Translations under genes and position numbers: made by a program
Shown here: positions 9,817 through 19,794 of the stretch, in pieces
Numbering within the stretch: the first letter of the stretch is position 1
Layout of the letters: each line of letters starts with the position of its first letter
Origin: Lysobacterales bacterium
GTDB lineage: Bacteria; Pseudomonadota; Gammaproteobacteria; Xanthomonadales; SZUA-36
Reading direction: 5' to 3'
Assembly: GCA_032250585.1 (NCBI GenBank)
Contig: JAVVFH010000002.1
Coordinates: forward strand, 1-40,396
Length of the DNA: 40,396 nt
Notes under the pieces: model-generated
Told to the model about the DNA's origin: nothing
Databases searched by the model: none
The model's input: only the letters and a program-made list of their open reading frames with translations

Positions 9817-10842
9817 ATGCTGATCATCGATTGCCACGGTCACTACACCACGGCTCCTGAGCCGCACCAGGTGTTTCGCGAGCAGCAGCTCAGGCACTTC
9901 AGGGATCCTTCCGCTCCGCCGCCGAAGCCGGCCGCGATCAGCGACGACGAGATCAGGGCAACGATCGAGGCCAACCAGCTCAGGCTGCAACGCGAGCGCG
10001 GCGCCGACCTGACTCTCTTTTCGCCGCGCGCGTCGGCCATGGCGCACCACCTGGGGGACGCCGCAGTCTCGCAGGCCTGGTCGCGGGCCTGCAACGACTT
10101 GATTGCACGGGTGGTGGAACTGTATCCGGAGAATTTCGTCGGTGTCTGCCAGCTGCCGCAGTCACCCGGCGTGCCGATCGAGCATTCGATCGCCGAACTG
10201 GAGCGCTGCGTCGTCGACCTGGGCTTCGTCGGGTGTAACCTGAATCCCGACCCGTCCGGCGGACACTGGAACAGCAAGCCGCTCATCGACCGCTCGTGGT
10301 ACCCCTTCTTCGAGAAGCTGGTGGAGCTGGACGTGCCGGCGATGGTCCACGTTTCCAGTTGCTGCAACGAGAACTTTCACGCGACCGGTGCACATTACAT
10401 CAACGCCGACACGACCGCGTTCATGCAATTCATCCAGGGCGACCTGTTCGGCGACTTCCCGAATCTCCGCTTCGTGATTCCGCACGGCGGCGGTGCGGTC
10501 CCGTACCACTGGGGCCGCTATCGCGGCCTGGCCGACATGCTCAATCGCCCGCCGCTGCATGAGCATGTGATGAAGAACGTGTTCTTCGACACCTGCGTCT
10601 ACCACCAGCCAGGCATTGACCTGCTGTTCGAGGTCATCGCCATCGACAACATCCTGTTCGGCTCGGAGATGGTCGGCGCGGTCCGGGGCATCGATTCCGA
10701 AACCGGGCATTATTTCGACGACACGCGACGGTACATCGATGCGCTCGACCTCGACAACGAATCTCGCCGAAAAGTCTACGAGGGCAATGTACGGCGCGTA
10801 TACCCGCGCCTGGACAAGGCGCTGAGCGAGCGGGGGCTCTGA
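9817..10842 (+). CDS. ligJ: 4-oxalomesaconate hydratase (amidohydrolase_2)
   Basis: MLIIDCHGHYTTAP... N-terminus, 341 aa, amidohydrolase metal ligands (HxH, later H/D). This matches LigJ in size and N-terminus. A GAGGAA RBS precedes the ATG. Confidence 0.88.
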   Translation: MLIIDCHGHYTTAPEPHQVFREQQLRHFRDPSAPPPKPAAISDDEIRATIEANQLRLQRERGADLTLFSPRASAMAHHLGDAAVSQAWSRACNDLIARVVELYPENFVGVCQLPQSPGVPIEHSIAELERCVVDLGFVGCNLNPDPSGGHWNSKPLIDRSWYPFFEKLVELDVPAMVHVSSCCNENFHATGAHYINADTTAFMQFIQGDLFGDFPNLRFVIPHGGGAVPYHWGRYRGLADMLNRPPLHEHVMKNVFFDTCVYHQPGIDLLFEVIAIDNILFGSEMVGAVRGIDSETGHYFDDTRRYIDALDLDNESRRKVYEGNVRRVYPRLDKALSERGL

Positions 10843-10868
10843 TCGCGTTGGCAACCGGGACTTTTATC

Positions 10869-11753
10869 ATGGACCCCGGCTGGCGGTGCTTCGATCCAAA
10901 GCCGTCAAAGCCGGTATACGCTCCGCCGCCCGGCGCAGTCGACGCACACTGCCATGTGTTCGGACCCGCCGCCCAATTCCCCTACGGACCCAAGCGCAGG
11001 TACACGCCCTGCGATGCGCCCAAGGAAAAGCTCTGGCAACTGCGCGACTTCCTGGGCTTCGAGCGCAATGTGCTCGTGCAGGCCACCTGCCACGGAACCG
11101 ACAACCGCGCGCTGGTCGATGCCCTGCGCGATGCCGGTGGCCGGGCGCGGGGCGTCGCCACCGTCGCGCCGGATGTCGCCGACGAAGAGCTGGAGGCGCT
11201 CCACGAGGCCGGTGTCCGCGCCATCCGCTTCAACTTCGTACGGCGGCTGGCCGACTGGCAGGAACCCCTCAAGCTAAGGCCGCTGATCGAGCGGCTGGCG
11301 CCAATGGGCTGGCACGTCGTGATCTACTTCGAGGCGGCCGATCTGCCCGACCTCTACGGCTTCATCGCGGAACTCCCGGTCGTGGTCGTCGTCGATCACA
11401 TGGGCCGCCCGGATGTCACCCGCGATGTCGATGGGCCGGATTTTGGGCTGTTCCAGCGTCTGCTCCACGAACACGGCCACGTCTGGACCAAAGTCAGCTG
11501 CCCCGAACGGCTGTCGGCCAGCGGCCCACCGGGGTATGACGACGTGCTGCCGTTTTCGCGCCGGCTGGTGGAACGGTTTCCCGACCGGGTTTTGTGGGGA
11601 ACCGACTGGCCGCACCCGAACATGAAGAGCCACATGCCGGACGACGGCAAGCTGGTCGACATGATTCCGCGAATTGCGCCGCATCCCTTGCAGCAGCGGA
11701 AACTTCTCGTGGACAACCCGATGCGGCTCTACTGGAACACGACAGGAGGCTGA
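10869..11753 (+). CDS. ligI: 2-pyrone-4,6-dicarboxylate lactonase (amidohydrolase_2)
   Basis: ...PPPGAVDAHCHVFGP...FPY...Y.P.DAPKE.L..L...LG..R.VLVQATCHGTDN... and ...WGTDWPHPN are LigI hallmarks. The ATG at 10869 is preferred over the TTG at 10848. Confidence 0.88.
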   Translation: MDPGWRCFDPKPSKPVYAPPPGAVDAHCHVFGPAAQFPYGPKRRYTPCDAPKEKLWQLRDFLGFERNVLVQATCHGTDNRALVDALRDAGGRARGVATVAPDVADEELEALHEAGVRAIRFNFVRRLADWQEPLKLRPLIERLAPMGWHVVIYFEAADLPDLYGFIAELPVVVVVDHMGRPDVTRDVDGPDFGLFQRLLHEHGHVWTKVSCPERLSASGPPGYDDVLPFSRRLVERFPDRVLWGTDWPHPNMKSHMPDDGKLVDMIPRIAPHPLQQRKLLVDNPMRLYWNTTGG

Positions 11754-11755
11754 CC

Positions 11756-12986
<1,231 letters not shown>

Positions 12987-13014
12987 AATACAAGCGATAG
13001 GAGGTGCTCTTTAC

Positions 13015-13965
13015 ATGAACGTCATACTCGCAGGCGCCGGCGCGTTCGGCATGAAACACCTGGATGCCATCGACAAGATCGATGGCGTTGCGGTCACCGC
13101 CGTGGTCGGCAGGCAACTCGAGCCCACCCGCGACGTCGCGGACAAGTACGGCATCAAGGATGCGTTCACGGATCTCGGGGAGGCATTGGAAAAAAACGCT
13201 GCGGAAGCCGTGATCCTGTGCACGCCGACGCAGCTGCACGCGGAACAGGCCATCCAGTGTCTGCGCGCGGGCCGGCATGTCGAAGTCGAGATTCCACTTG
13301 CGGATTCATTGCAGGACGCGCAGGCGGTGCTGGAGGTGCAACAAAACACAGGCCTGGTGTGCATGGCCGGACACACGCGCCGTTTCAACCCTTCGCACCA
13401 GTGGGTGCACCGGCGCATCCGGGCAGGCGAGCTGGCGATCCAGCAGATGGACGTGCAAACCTATTTCTTCCGCCGCAGCAACACCAACGCGCTGGGCCAG
13501 CCGCGCTCATGGACCGACCACCTGCTGTGGCATCACGCCGCCCACACGGTGGACCTGTTCCAGTACCAGACCGGCGACAAGGTCATCCAGGCCAACGCCG
13601 TCCAGGGGCCGATGCATCCCGAGCTCGGCATCGCCATGGACATGTCGATCCAGCTCAAGACCACAGGTGGCGCGATCCTGACGCTGTCGCTGTCATTCAA
13701 CAACGACGGCCCGCTCGGCACCTTCTTTCGTTACATCTGCGACAATGGCACCTACATCGCGCGCTACGACGACCTGATCGACGGTCGCGATCAGCCGATC
13801 GACGTGTCCAAAGTCGATGTGTCGATGAATGGCATCGAACTGCAGGACCGGGAGTTTTTTGCCGCGATCACCGAGGACCGCGAGCCCAACGCGTCGGCAG
13901 CGCAGGTCTTGCCTTGCTACGAAGTACTGCACCAGCTCGAGGAAAAGCTGGCCGCCCAGTCCTGA
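13015..13965 (+). CDS. ligC: 4-carboxy-2-hydroxymuconate-6-semialdehyde dehydrogenase (Gfo/Idh/MocA family)
   Basis: ATG at 13015 follows AGGAGG (12999-13004). N-terminus MNVILAGAGAFGMKHLDAI... is a Rossmann motif, and ...CEIPLA-like EVEIPLADS is present. The position after ligAB fits ligC. Confidence 0.85.
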   Translation: MNVILAGAGAFGMKHLDAIDKIDGVAVTAVVGRQLEPTRDVADKYGIKDAFTDLGEALEKNAAEAVILCTPTQLHAEQAIQCLRAGRHVEVEIPLADSLQDAQAVLEVQQNTGLVCMAGHTRRFNPSHQWVHRRIRAGELAIQQMDVQTYFFRRSNTNALGQPRSWTDHLLWHHAAHTVDLFQYQTGDKVIQANAVQGPMHPELGIAMDMSIQLKTTGGAILTLSLSFNNDGPLGTFFRYICDNGTYIARYDDLIDGRDQPIDVSKVDVSMNGIELQDREFFAAITEDREPNASAAQVLPCYEVLHQLEEKLAAQS

Positions 13966-13969
13966 GCCG

Positions 13970-14217
13970 ATGACCCTGGGGGTTCGCCGCATCGGAGATT
14001 TCGAGGCGCCGGCAATCGGGCTGGGGTGCATGAACCTGTCGCATGCCTACGGAACGCCGCCTTCTGTCGAGAGCGCCGAGCGTTTGCTGCTTCGCGCGCT
14101 GGATTTGGCATCACGCACTTCGACTCGGCGGCACTGTACGGATTCGGACGCAACGAGGAACTGCTCGGCCGTTTACAGGCTGGCTTCGGTTCGATCGCCG
14201 AAGAGGTCGCAGTCTGA
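13970..14217 (+). pseudogene. Aldo/keto reductase remnant (frameshifted and 3'-truncated)
   Basis: The first frame gives MTLGVRRIGDFEAPAIGLGCMNLSHAYGTPPSVESAERLLLRALDL, a typical AKR N-terminus. The conserved continuation GITHFDSAALYGFGRNEELLGR appears only in a second reading frame from about 14100 and stops at 14217. No further AKR sequence follows. Confidence 0.6.
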
Positions 14218-14394
14218 CGGAGCGCTGGTCGAGCCTCGCGGCGGAGCAGATGCGCAACCCGCTGCTGCAGGCCACTTGCCGCTTGAGACCGGATGGCGTA
14301 AAAGAAGGACGGGATAAGGTTGCAATGTTCAAGCTGCTTTGTATCGAACTGTCGACAAGTCATTCTGGGCCCAGCGCCCAACGGATAAACGCAA

Positions 14395-16131
14395 ATGAAA
14401 CCCCGCACACTGGATTTTGATTTTCTGCGCAGCCAGGTGGTCGGCGCCGACGCCACCGTCAGCACGCCGTTTGGCGACCGCCTGATGGTCTACGCCGACT
14501 ACACGGCCTCGGGCCGCTGCCTGGGCCTGATCGAGCGCTACATCCAGAACCTGCAGCGCATCTACGCCAACACACACACCGAGGATGACATCAGCGGGCG
14601 CTCGATGAGTCACCTGCTGGAACAGGCCGAGTCGTCGATCAAGCGTTCCGTCAATGCCGGGCCCGATGGGCGCATCGTCTGCATCGGCACCGGCGCGACG
14701 GGCGCCATCGACAAGCTGCAGCAGATCATCGGCATCGCCCTGCCGCCCGCAACCCGCTCCAACCTGACGCGAATGATGCAAGAGGCGCTGGGCGCCGAGG
14801 CCCATGCGCAGTTCACCGAGTACCTGCGCCAGCGCCAGCCGGTGGTCTTCGTCGGGCCGTACGAGCACCATTCCAACGAGATTTCCTGGCGCGCGAATCT
14901 GGCCACCGTGGTCGAGGTCAGGCTGAGTGCTGACGGCAGCATTGACCTGGATCACCTCGAGGCCCTGCTGCAGGACCCCGCCTACCGGGACCGGGTGCGC
15001 ATCGGCTCTTTCTCGGCCGCCTCCAACGTGACCGGGCGGCTCACCCCCACCCACCGCATCGCCGCGCTGCTGCACCGCCACGGCGCTCTGGCCTGCTTCG
15101 ACTACGCGGCCAGCGCGCCCTACGTGAAGATCGACATGAACCCGCTGGCAGATCAATGGGATGGCGACGCCTCGCTGGACGCGGTGTTCATCTCGCCGCA
15201 CAAGTTTCTCGGCGGGCCGGGCGCCAGCGGGGTGCTGGTGTTCAACAAGCGACTCTACCACCCCGAACTGCCGCCGACCGTCAGTGCCGGCGGCACGGTC
15301 GACTACGTCGGCCCCGACAGCGCGGACTTCATCGTCGACATCGAAGAGCGCGAAAAAGCCGGCACGCCGGGGGTGCTGCAGACCCTGAAGGCGGGCCTGG
15401 CCTTTCAACTCAAGGACCGCATCGGCGTGGAAGCCATCGAACGGCGCGAGCGGGAACTGCTGAACAAGACCTTCGAGCGCTGGCGTAGCAACCCCAACAT
15501 CGAAATTCTCGGCAACCCCGATCCGGAACAGCGCATCGCCATCGTGTCCTTCAATCTCAAGGACCACCGCGGACGCTACCTGCATCCGAAGTTCGTGACC
15601 AGCCTGCTGAACGACCTGTTCGGCATCCAGTCGCGCGCCGGCTGCTCCTGCGCGGGACCTTACGGCCACCGACTGCTGAATATCGACCACGACACCTCCG
15701 AACGTTACCGCGAGTGGATCCGTAAGGGCTATTGCGGCATCAAGCCCGGCTGGTGCCGGATCAGCCTGCATTACGTGATGGACGATTTGGAGGCCGATTT
15801 CATCCTCGATGCGATCGATTTTGTGGCCGAACATGGTTACCGCTTTTTGCCGCTGTACAATTTCGACGTGCACACGGGCGCCTGGCAGCACAAGTACGAC
15901 GAAGTGGCGCTGGAAGGCTTTTCGCTGGAAGCCGCGCTGGAATGCTCCGGTTATCACTCGCGCGGGCTGACCGACAGCGAGCGGGAACTGCTCTATCGTT
16001 CCTTTCTGGTCGAGGCCGAGCGCCTGGCCGGGCAGCTGGGGTGCGAGCAGGCGCCGGAGGAACACCGCCTGGACGAGGAGCTTGAGGAGCTCAAATTCTT
16101 CTCGGTTCCCAAGGCCAGCATGGCGCGGTGA
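14395..16131 (+). CDS. Class-V aminotransferase-fold PLP-dependent enzyme (cysteine desulfurase / NifS-like superfamily, long form)
   Basis: YADYTASGR...IYANTHTE N-terminal motifs. SPHKFLGGPGASGVL carries the putative PLP lysine. A C-terminal region of about 150 aa contains CSCAGPYGH. Specific function is unknown. Confidence 0.78.
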   Translation: MKPRTLDFDFLRSQVVGADATVSTPFGDRLMVYADYTASGRCLGLIERYIQNLQRIYANTHTEDDISGRSMSHLLEQAESSIKRSVNAGPDGRIVCIGTGATGAIDKLQQIIGIALPPATRSNLTRMMQEALGAEAHAQFTEYLRQRQPVVFVGPYEHHSNEISWRANLATVVEVRLSADGSIDLDHLEALLQDPAYRDRVRIGSFSAASNVTGRLTPTHRIAALLHRHGALACFDYAASAPYVKIDMNPLADQWDGDASLDAVFISPHKFLGGPGASGVLVFNKRLYHPELPPTVSAGGTVDYVGPDSADFIVDIEEREKAGTPGVLQTLKAGLAFQLKDRIGVEAIERRERELLNKTFERWRSNPNIEILGNPDPEQRIAIVSFNLKDHRGRYLHPKFVTSLLNDLFGIQSRAGCSCAGPYGHRLLNIDHDTSERYREWIRKGYCGIKPGWCRISLHYVMDDLEADFILDAIDFVAEHGYRFLPLYNFDVHTGAWQHKYDEVALEGFSLEAALECSGYHSRGLTDSERELLYRSFLVEAERLAGQLGCEQAPEEHRLDEELEELKFFSVPKASMAR

Positions 16132-16387
16132 AAGACAGCGAATCGGGCCCCTTCACCGCAGGCGCTCGAGGAAGTCCTGTGCCGGCGCGAAGTCGCCAAC
16201 CGGGTCGACGTCGCGGAACGTTCGCCCATGCGGCTGATCACGCAACCCGGTTCAGCCGGGACACTGCTGAGGAATACTTAAAACGTATATGATGAAGGCT
16301 GTCAGCAGCCGGAAGCCCTTATGCATCGCAGCCAACTCGCCGGATTCATCATCGATTGCCGGACCGAAGAGCTCGACACCGGAACCG

Positions 16388-17119
16388 ATGACATCGAAGC
16401 CCAGCGAGCTGATTTCAGGGAGCGGGCCAATCGCTGGGAATGAGACCATTCCGCGACTGGAACTGCGTTCGGTCTCCAAGTCTTTCCATGACGGCGAGAG
16501 CGATCTGCAGGTCTTGCGCGATATCGACCTGACCCTGAACGCCGGCGACAGCACCGCGTTGCTGGGCGCCAGCGGCTGCGGCAAAAGCACGCTGCTGCAA
16601 ATCGCCGCCGGACTGGAGACGCCGGACTGCGGCGAGGTTCGGGTGCTCGGCAAGCCGTTGCCGTCGATGGGCGAGCGCGAATTGGCCCTACTCAGGCGCC
16701 GTCAACTCGGCTTCGTGTTTCAGCAATTCAACCTGCTGCCGGGCCTCAACGTGCGCGACAACGTATTGTTCCAGCGGCGACTGAACCGCTTGCCGGACGA
16801 AGACGAGTGGATCCGCGAACTGAACTCCGCGCTCGAACTCCAGCCCCTGCTCGAGCGGCCAGTCGAGGTGCTGTCAGGCGGGCAACAGCAGCGAGTCGCC
16901 ATCGCGCGCGCCCTCGCGCACCGACCTGAACTGCTGTTCGCCGACGAACCTACCGGCAACCTGCACGACAGCTTGAGTCGGCAGATCATGAGTTTGCTGG
17001 CACGACTGGTCGAAGAATCCGGCTGCGCCCTGCTGCTGGTGACCCACAATCACGAAATGGCGTCATTTGCGCAGCGCCGCATGAGGCTGGAACAGGCCGT
17101 ACTGCATGCGCTGGACTAG
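16388..17119 (+). CDS. ABC transporter ATP-binding protein (MacB/LolD/AttE-like)
   Basis: Walker [10 protein letters not shown], signature [15 protein letters not shown], Walker [10 protein letters not shown]-loop VTHN. The start is uncertain: the Met at 16388 is chosen, and the ORF track starts at 16289. Confidence 0.85.
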   Translation: MTSKPSELISGSGPIAGNETIPRLELRSVSKSFHDGESDLQVLRDIDLTLNAGDSTALLGASGCGKSTLLQIAAGLETPDCGEVRVLGKPLPSMGERELALLRRRQLGFVFQQFNLLPGLNVRDNVLFQRRLNRLPDEDEWIRELNSALELQPLLERPVEVLSGGQQQRVAIARALAHRPELLFADEPTGNLHDSLSRQIMSLLARLVEESGCALLLVTHNHEMASFAQRRMRLEQAVLHALD

Positions 17120-17120
17120 T

Positions 17121-17280
17121 CCGAACATTGCACGAGTCGGACCCCGCGCTCTTGCCAGGCTTTGGAATCGTAACCGGGATATGAAGTTTCAAGGAAACAT
17201 TCAAAAAGCGGAATTTGTCCCCGAGCCAAGTCCCGGCGTGCCGGGATCAGCCAGGGCCGGGATGCTGGTGCAATGTTCGG
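17121..17280. repeat. 160-bp element bounded by perfect 13-bp terminal inverted repeats (MITE-like or structured intergenic insert)
   Basis: ccgaacattgcac (17121-17133) is the exact reverse complement of gtgcaatgttcgg (17268-17280). The element starts 2 nt after the ATPase stop and ends 24 nt before the permease GTG. Its interior is relatively AT-rich. Confidence 0.5.
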
Positions 17281-17304
17281 GCTAAACGGGCCCGGGAACT
17301 GACG

Positions 17305-19794
17305 GTGCTGCGGCGCGCCTTGATCAGCCATTACCATCGGCACCCGGTGCAGGCGCTGTTCCTGCTGACCGGGATCGTCGTCGCCAATGTGCTGCTGGTC
17401 GGCACCCTGCTGATCAACGCCCAGGCCCGCGCCAGTTACGAGCAGGGCGAGAGCCTGCTGCGGTCGGGGCCGCTCGGACAGGTCCGGCACATCGATTCCG
17501 ACCGGACTTTCGACGAACGCCACTACCTGCGACTGCGGCTGCAGGGTTTCGACATGCTGGCACCCGTTCTACGACGGATGGTCTTCGGTGCCGACGGCGA
17601 AGCGCTGGAACTGGTCGGCATCGACCTGTTTGCGATGCCGCGGCCCCGGAATGGGGACGACCGCGAGGAGGAGCAACAGGGCAGGGTCTCCGGGCCTGGC
17701 TTTGCGGGCTTTGCCTTCCCGCCCTACCAGCTTTGGGCCGCCCCGGCCCGCCTGGAGCAACTCGGCTGGCAGCCCGGACAGCGACCGCCGTTGAGCACCG
17801 GCGAGACCCTGCCGCCGGCGACGCCGGTGGCCAATGAAGAATTGGGCCATCGCCTGCTGATCGACATCGGCGCACTGCAAGCGCTGACCGACAGCGCCGG
17901 CGAACTGTCTTCGATGCTGGTCTTCGCGGCACCGCCCGAGCGAATCGCAGCCCTGCGCGCCGCGCTGCCGTCCGAACTGGTCTATGTCGCCGGCACGCAG
18001 GTGCCCGATCCGGCCGAACTGACGCGCAGCTTCCACCTGAACCTGGCCGCCATGGGCCTGCTGGCTTTCGTGGTTGGGGTATTTTTGATCTACAACGCGC
18101 TGGCCTTCAGCTACACCGACCGCCGCGAACTGATTCGCAAGCTGCAGCTTTCCGGCGTCACCCGCCGCGAACTGGCCGCCGCGCTGCTGCTGGAACTGTC
18201 GGTTTTCCTGGCGGCGGGCAGCCTGCTGGGCTTTTGGTTGGGCGCCCAAATGGCGGCCTGGCTGCTGCCCGGCGTCGGCCAGACACTGGCCCAGCTGTAT
18301 GGTGTCTACATCGCTTATCCGGACGGACTGGTGCCGTCGGGCTTCCTGTTGCCTTTGCTGATGACCGCGATTGCGGCCGTTCTGTGCGTTCTTTTTCCGC
18401 TGCGCCAGGCCCTGAATACACCCTTGCTGCAGCGCTGGCAGGCGGCCTGGGAGCGACGGTTGGCGGCTCGCCGCGACCGTTTGATGCTGGCAGCCGGACT
18501 CGCCTTGCTGACGGCGGCCGCGGCGTTGGGAATTTCCGCAGAGAGCCTGTGGCCGGCGCTGGCGGGCATGGCCGCGCTGCTGGTCGGCGCCGTCCTGTGC
18601 CTGCCCACGGTGCTGCGGGGACTGCTGCAAATTCTTGAGCACCTGATACCGCCGCACCGGGTACGCCTGGCCTGGCTGATCGCGGACAGCCGCTGGCTGA
18701 TCGGCCCGGCTGCGCTGGCCCTGATGGCGCTGACCCTGGCGCTGGTCGCCAACAGCGGGCTGAACACGATGATCGGCAGTTTTCGCCAGGCCACGGACGA
18801 CTGGCTCGACCAGCGTCTGGCCGCGCAACTTTACCTGCGCGGGGATCTTCAGCTTCCGGGCCTTGATGAATGGCTTCAGCAGCAGGACCCACGGCTGCGC
18901 GCGGTCGAGCGTTACCGGACCCGGCTCAATCGGGAAGCGCCGGCCAGGCGTGCCGCGGCCGTGGAAGTGGTGAGCCTGCAGCCGGGCGGCCGTTTTCTGG
19001 AAGGTGTCGGGCTGATTCGCGAAGCCGCCGGGGCAGGGCCGCGTTTCACCGCCGGCGAGGGCGTCTATGTAAGCGAACGTGCCTGGCGGCTGGACGGATG
19101 GGCATTGGGCGACACGGTGCCCTTGTGTGGGGAAAAGCCCGACCTGCCCGTACTCGGGGTGTATCACGATTACGGTAATCCGGTATCCCAATGGATGGTC
19201 AGCCAAACCCTGTTCCAGCACTGCTGGCCTGGTCAGAGACCGATCGGCAGGGCCATTCACGGTCCCGATGAGCTGGATTGGTATGCGATCGAAGTGGGTC
19301 TGCGGACGCATTTTTCCCTGGCAGCGGACCAACTGATCGATCAGGCGGAACTGAAACAGGCGGGGCTGGCCGTATTCGACCGTACCTTCATCGTCATCCA
19401 GGCACTGAACGCGCTGACCTTGCTGGTGGCCGGCATCGGCATCTTCTGCGCGGTCAGCGCGATCCACCACCACCGTGTCGGCCAGCAGGCCCTGCTCGCC
19501 AGTCTCGGCATGACCCGGCGTGAGCGTGGTTCCTTGCTGCTACTGCAGTGGGGCTTGCTTGGTCTGCTGTGCATGGTGATGGTCTGGCCGTTCGGCACCG
19601 TTCTGGCCGGCTACCTGGCCGGTATCGTCACGCCACTGGCCTTCGGCTGGAGTTTTCCGCTGCGCCTGCAGTGGTCGCACTACCTGGTGCTGGCCGGCCT
19701 TGCCGCGGCCTGCCTGGTGCTTGCCGTGGCACTGCCTTCCCTGCGCCTGCTGCGAACTTCGCCCGCTGCGATGATGCGCGAGCAGGCGCTGTGA
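17305..19794 (+). CDS. ABC transporter permease with two FtsX-type domains (AttF/AttG-like, YbbP-like)
   Basis: About 830 aa with two blocks of transmembrane helices separated by large loops. N-terminus (V)LRRALISHYHRHPVQALFLLTGIVVANVLL is typical of FtsX-family permeases. The GTG at 17305 is preferred over the TTG at 17215. Confidence 0.82.
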   Translation: MLRRALISHYHRHPVQALFLLTGIVVANVLLVGTLLINAQARASYEQGESLLRSGPLGQVRHIDSDRTFDERHYLRLRLQGFDMLAPVLRRMVFGADGEALELVGIDLFAMPRPRNGDDREEEQQGRVSGPGFAGFAFPPYQLWAAPARLEQLGWQPGQRPPLSTGETLPPATPVANEELGHRLLIDIGALQALTDSAGELSSMLVFAAPPERIAALRAALPSELVYVAGTQVPDPAELTRSFHLNLAAMGLLAFVVGVFLIYNALAFSYTDRRELIRKLQLSGVTRRELAAALLLELSVFLAAGSLLGFWLGAQMAAWLLPGVGQTLAQLYGVYIAYPDGLVPSGFLLPLLMTAIAAVLCVLFPLRQALNTPLLQRWQAAWERRLAARRDRLMLAAGLALLTAAAALGISAESLWPALAGMAALLVGAVLCLPTVLRGLLQILEHLIPPHRVRLAWLIADSRWLIGPAALALMALTLALVANSGLNTMIGSFRQATDDWLDQRLAAQLYLRGDLQLPGLDEWLQQQDPRLRAVERYRTRLNREAPARRAAAVEVVSLQPGGRFLEGVGLIREAAGAGPRFTAGEGVYVSERAWRLDGWALGDTVPLCGEKPDLPVLGVYHDYGNPVSQWMVSQTLFQHCWPGQRPIGRAIHGPDELDWYAIEVGLRTHFSLAADQLIDQAELKQAGLAVFDRTFIVIQALNALTLLVAGIGIFCAVSAIHHHRVGQQALLASLGMTRRERGSLLLLQWGLLGLLCMVMVWPFGTVLAGYLAGIVTPLAFGWSFPLRLQWSHYLVLAGLAAACLVLAVALPSLRLLRTSPAAMMREQAL

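Noticed and set aside
14329-16065. A 578-aa minus-strand ORF exactly antisense to, and the same length as, the PLP-enzyme gene
   Set aside because: Its translation is R/A/G/V/Q-rich low-complexity sequence with no recognisable motif. The plus-strand product has clear class-V PLP motifs. Long antisense ORFs are expected in GC-rich DNA.
16240-16300. An AT-rich patch (ggaatacttaaaacgtatatgatg) upstream of the ABC ATPase as a possible promoter
   Set aside because: The best -35/-10 pairings (for example TGCTGA-N17-TATGAT) match the consensus poorly. The patch may contain a promoter, but I cannot support specific boxes.
16321-16443. A short ORF, MHRSQLAGFIIDCRTEELD..., resembling the N-terminus of VOC/glyoxalase-family proteins; a possible second gene remnant
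   Set aside because: Only about 19 residues resemble the family as I remember it, and the rest diverges. That is too little evidence without a search, so it is not reported as a feature. A translated search of 16132-16450 would settle it.
17569-19473. A 634-aa minus-strand ORF antisense to the FtsX permease
   Set aside because: The translation is R/Q/G-rich with no domain signature. The plus-strand frame encodes coherent transmembrane helices.
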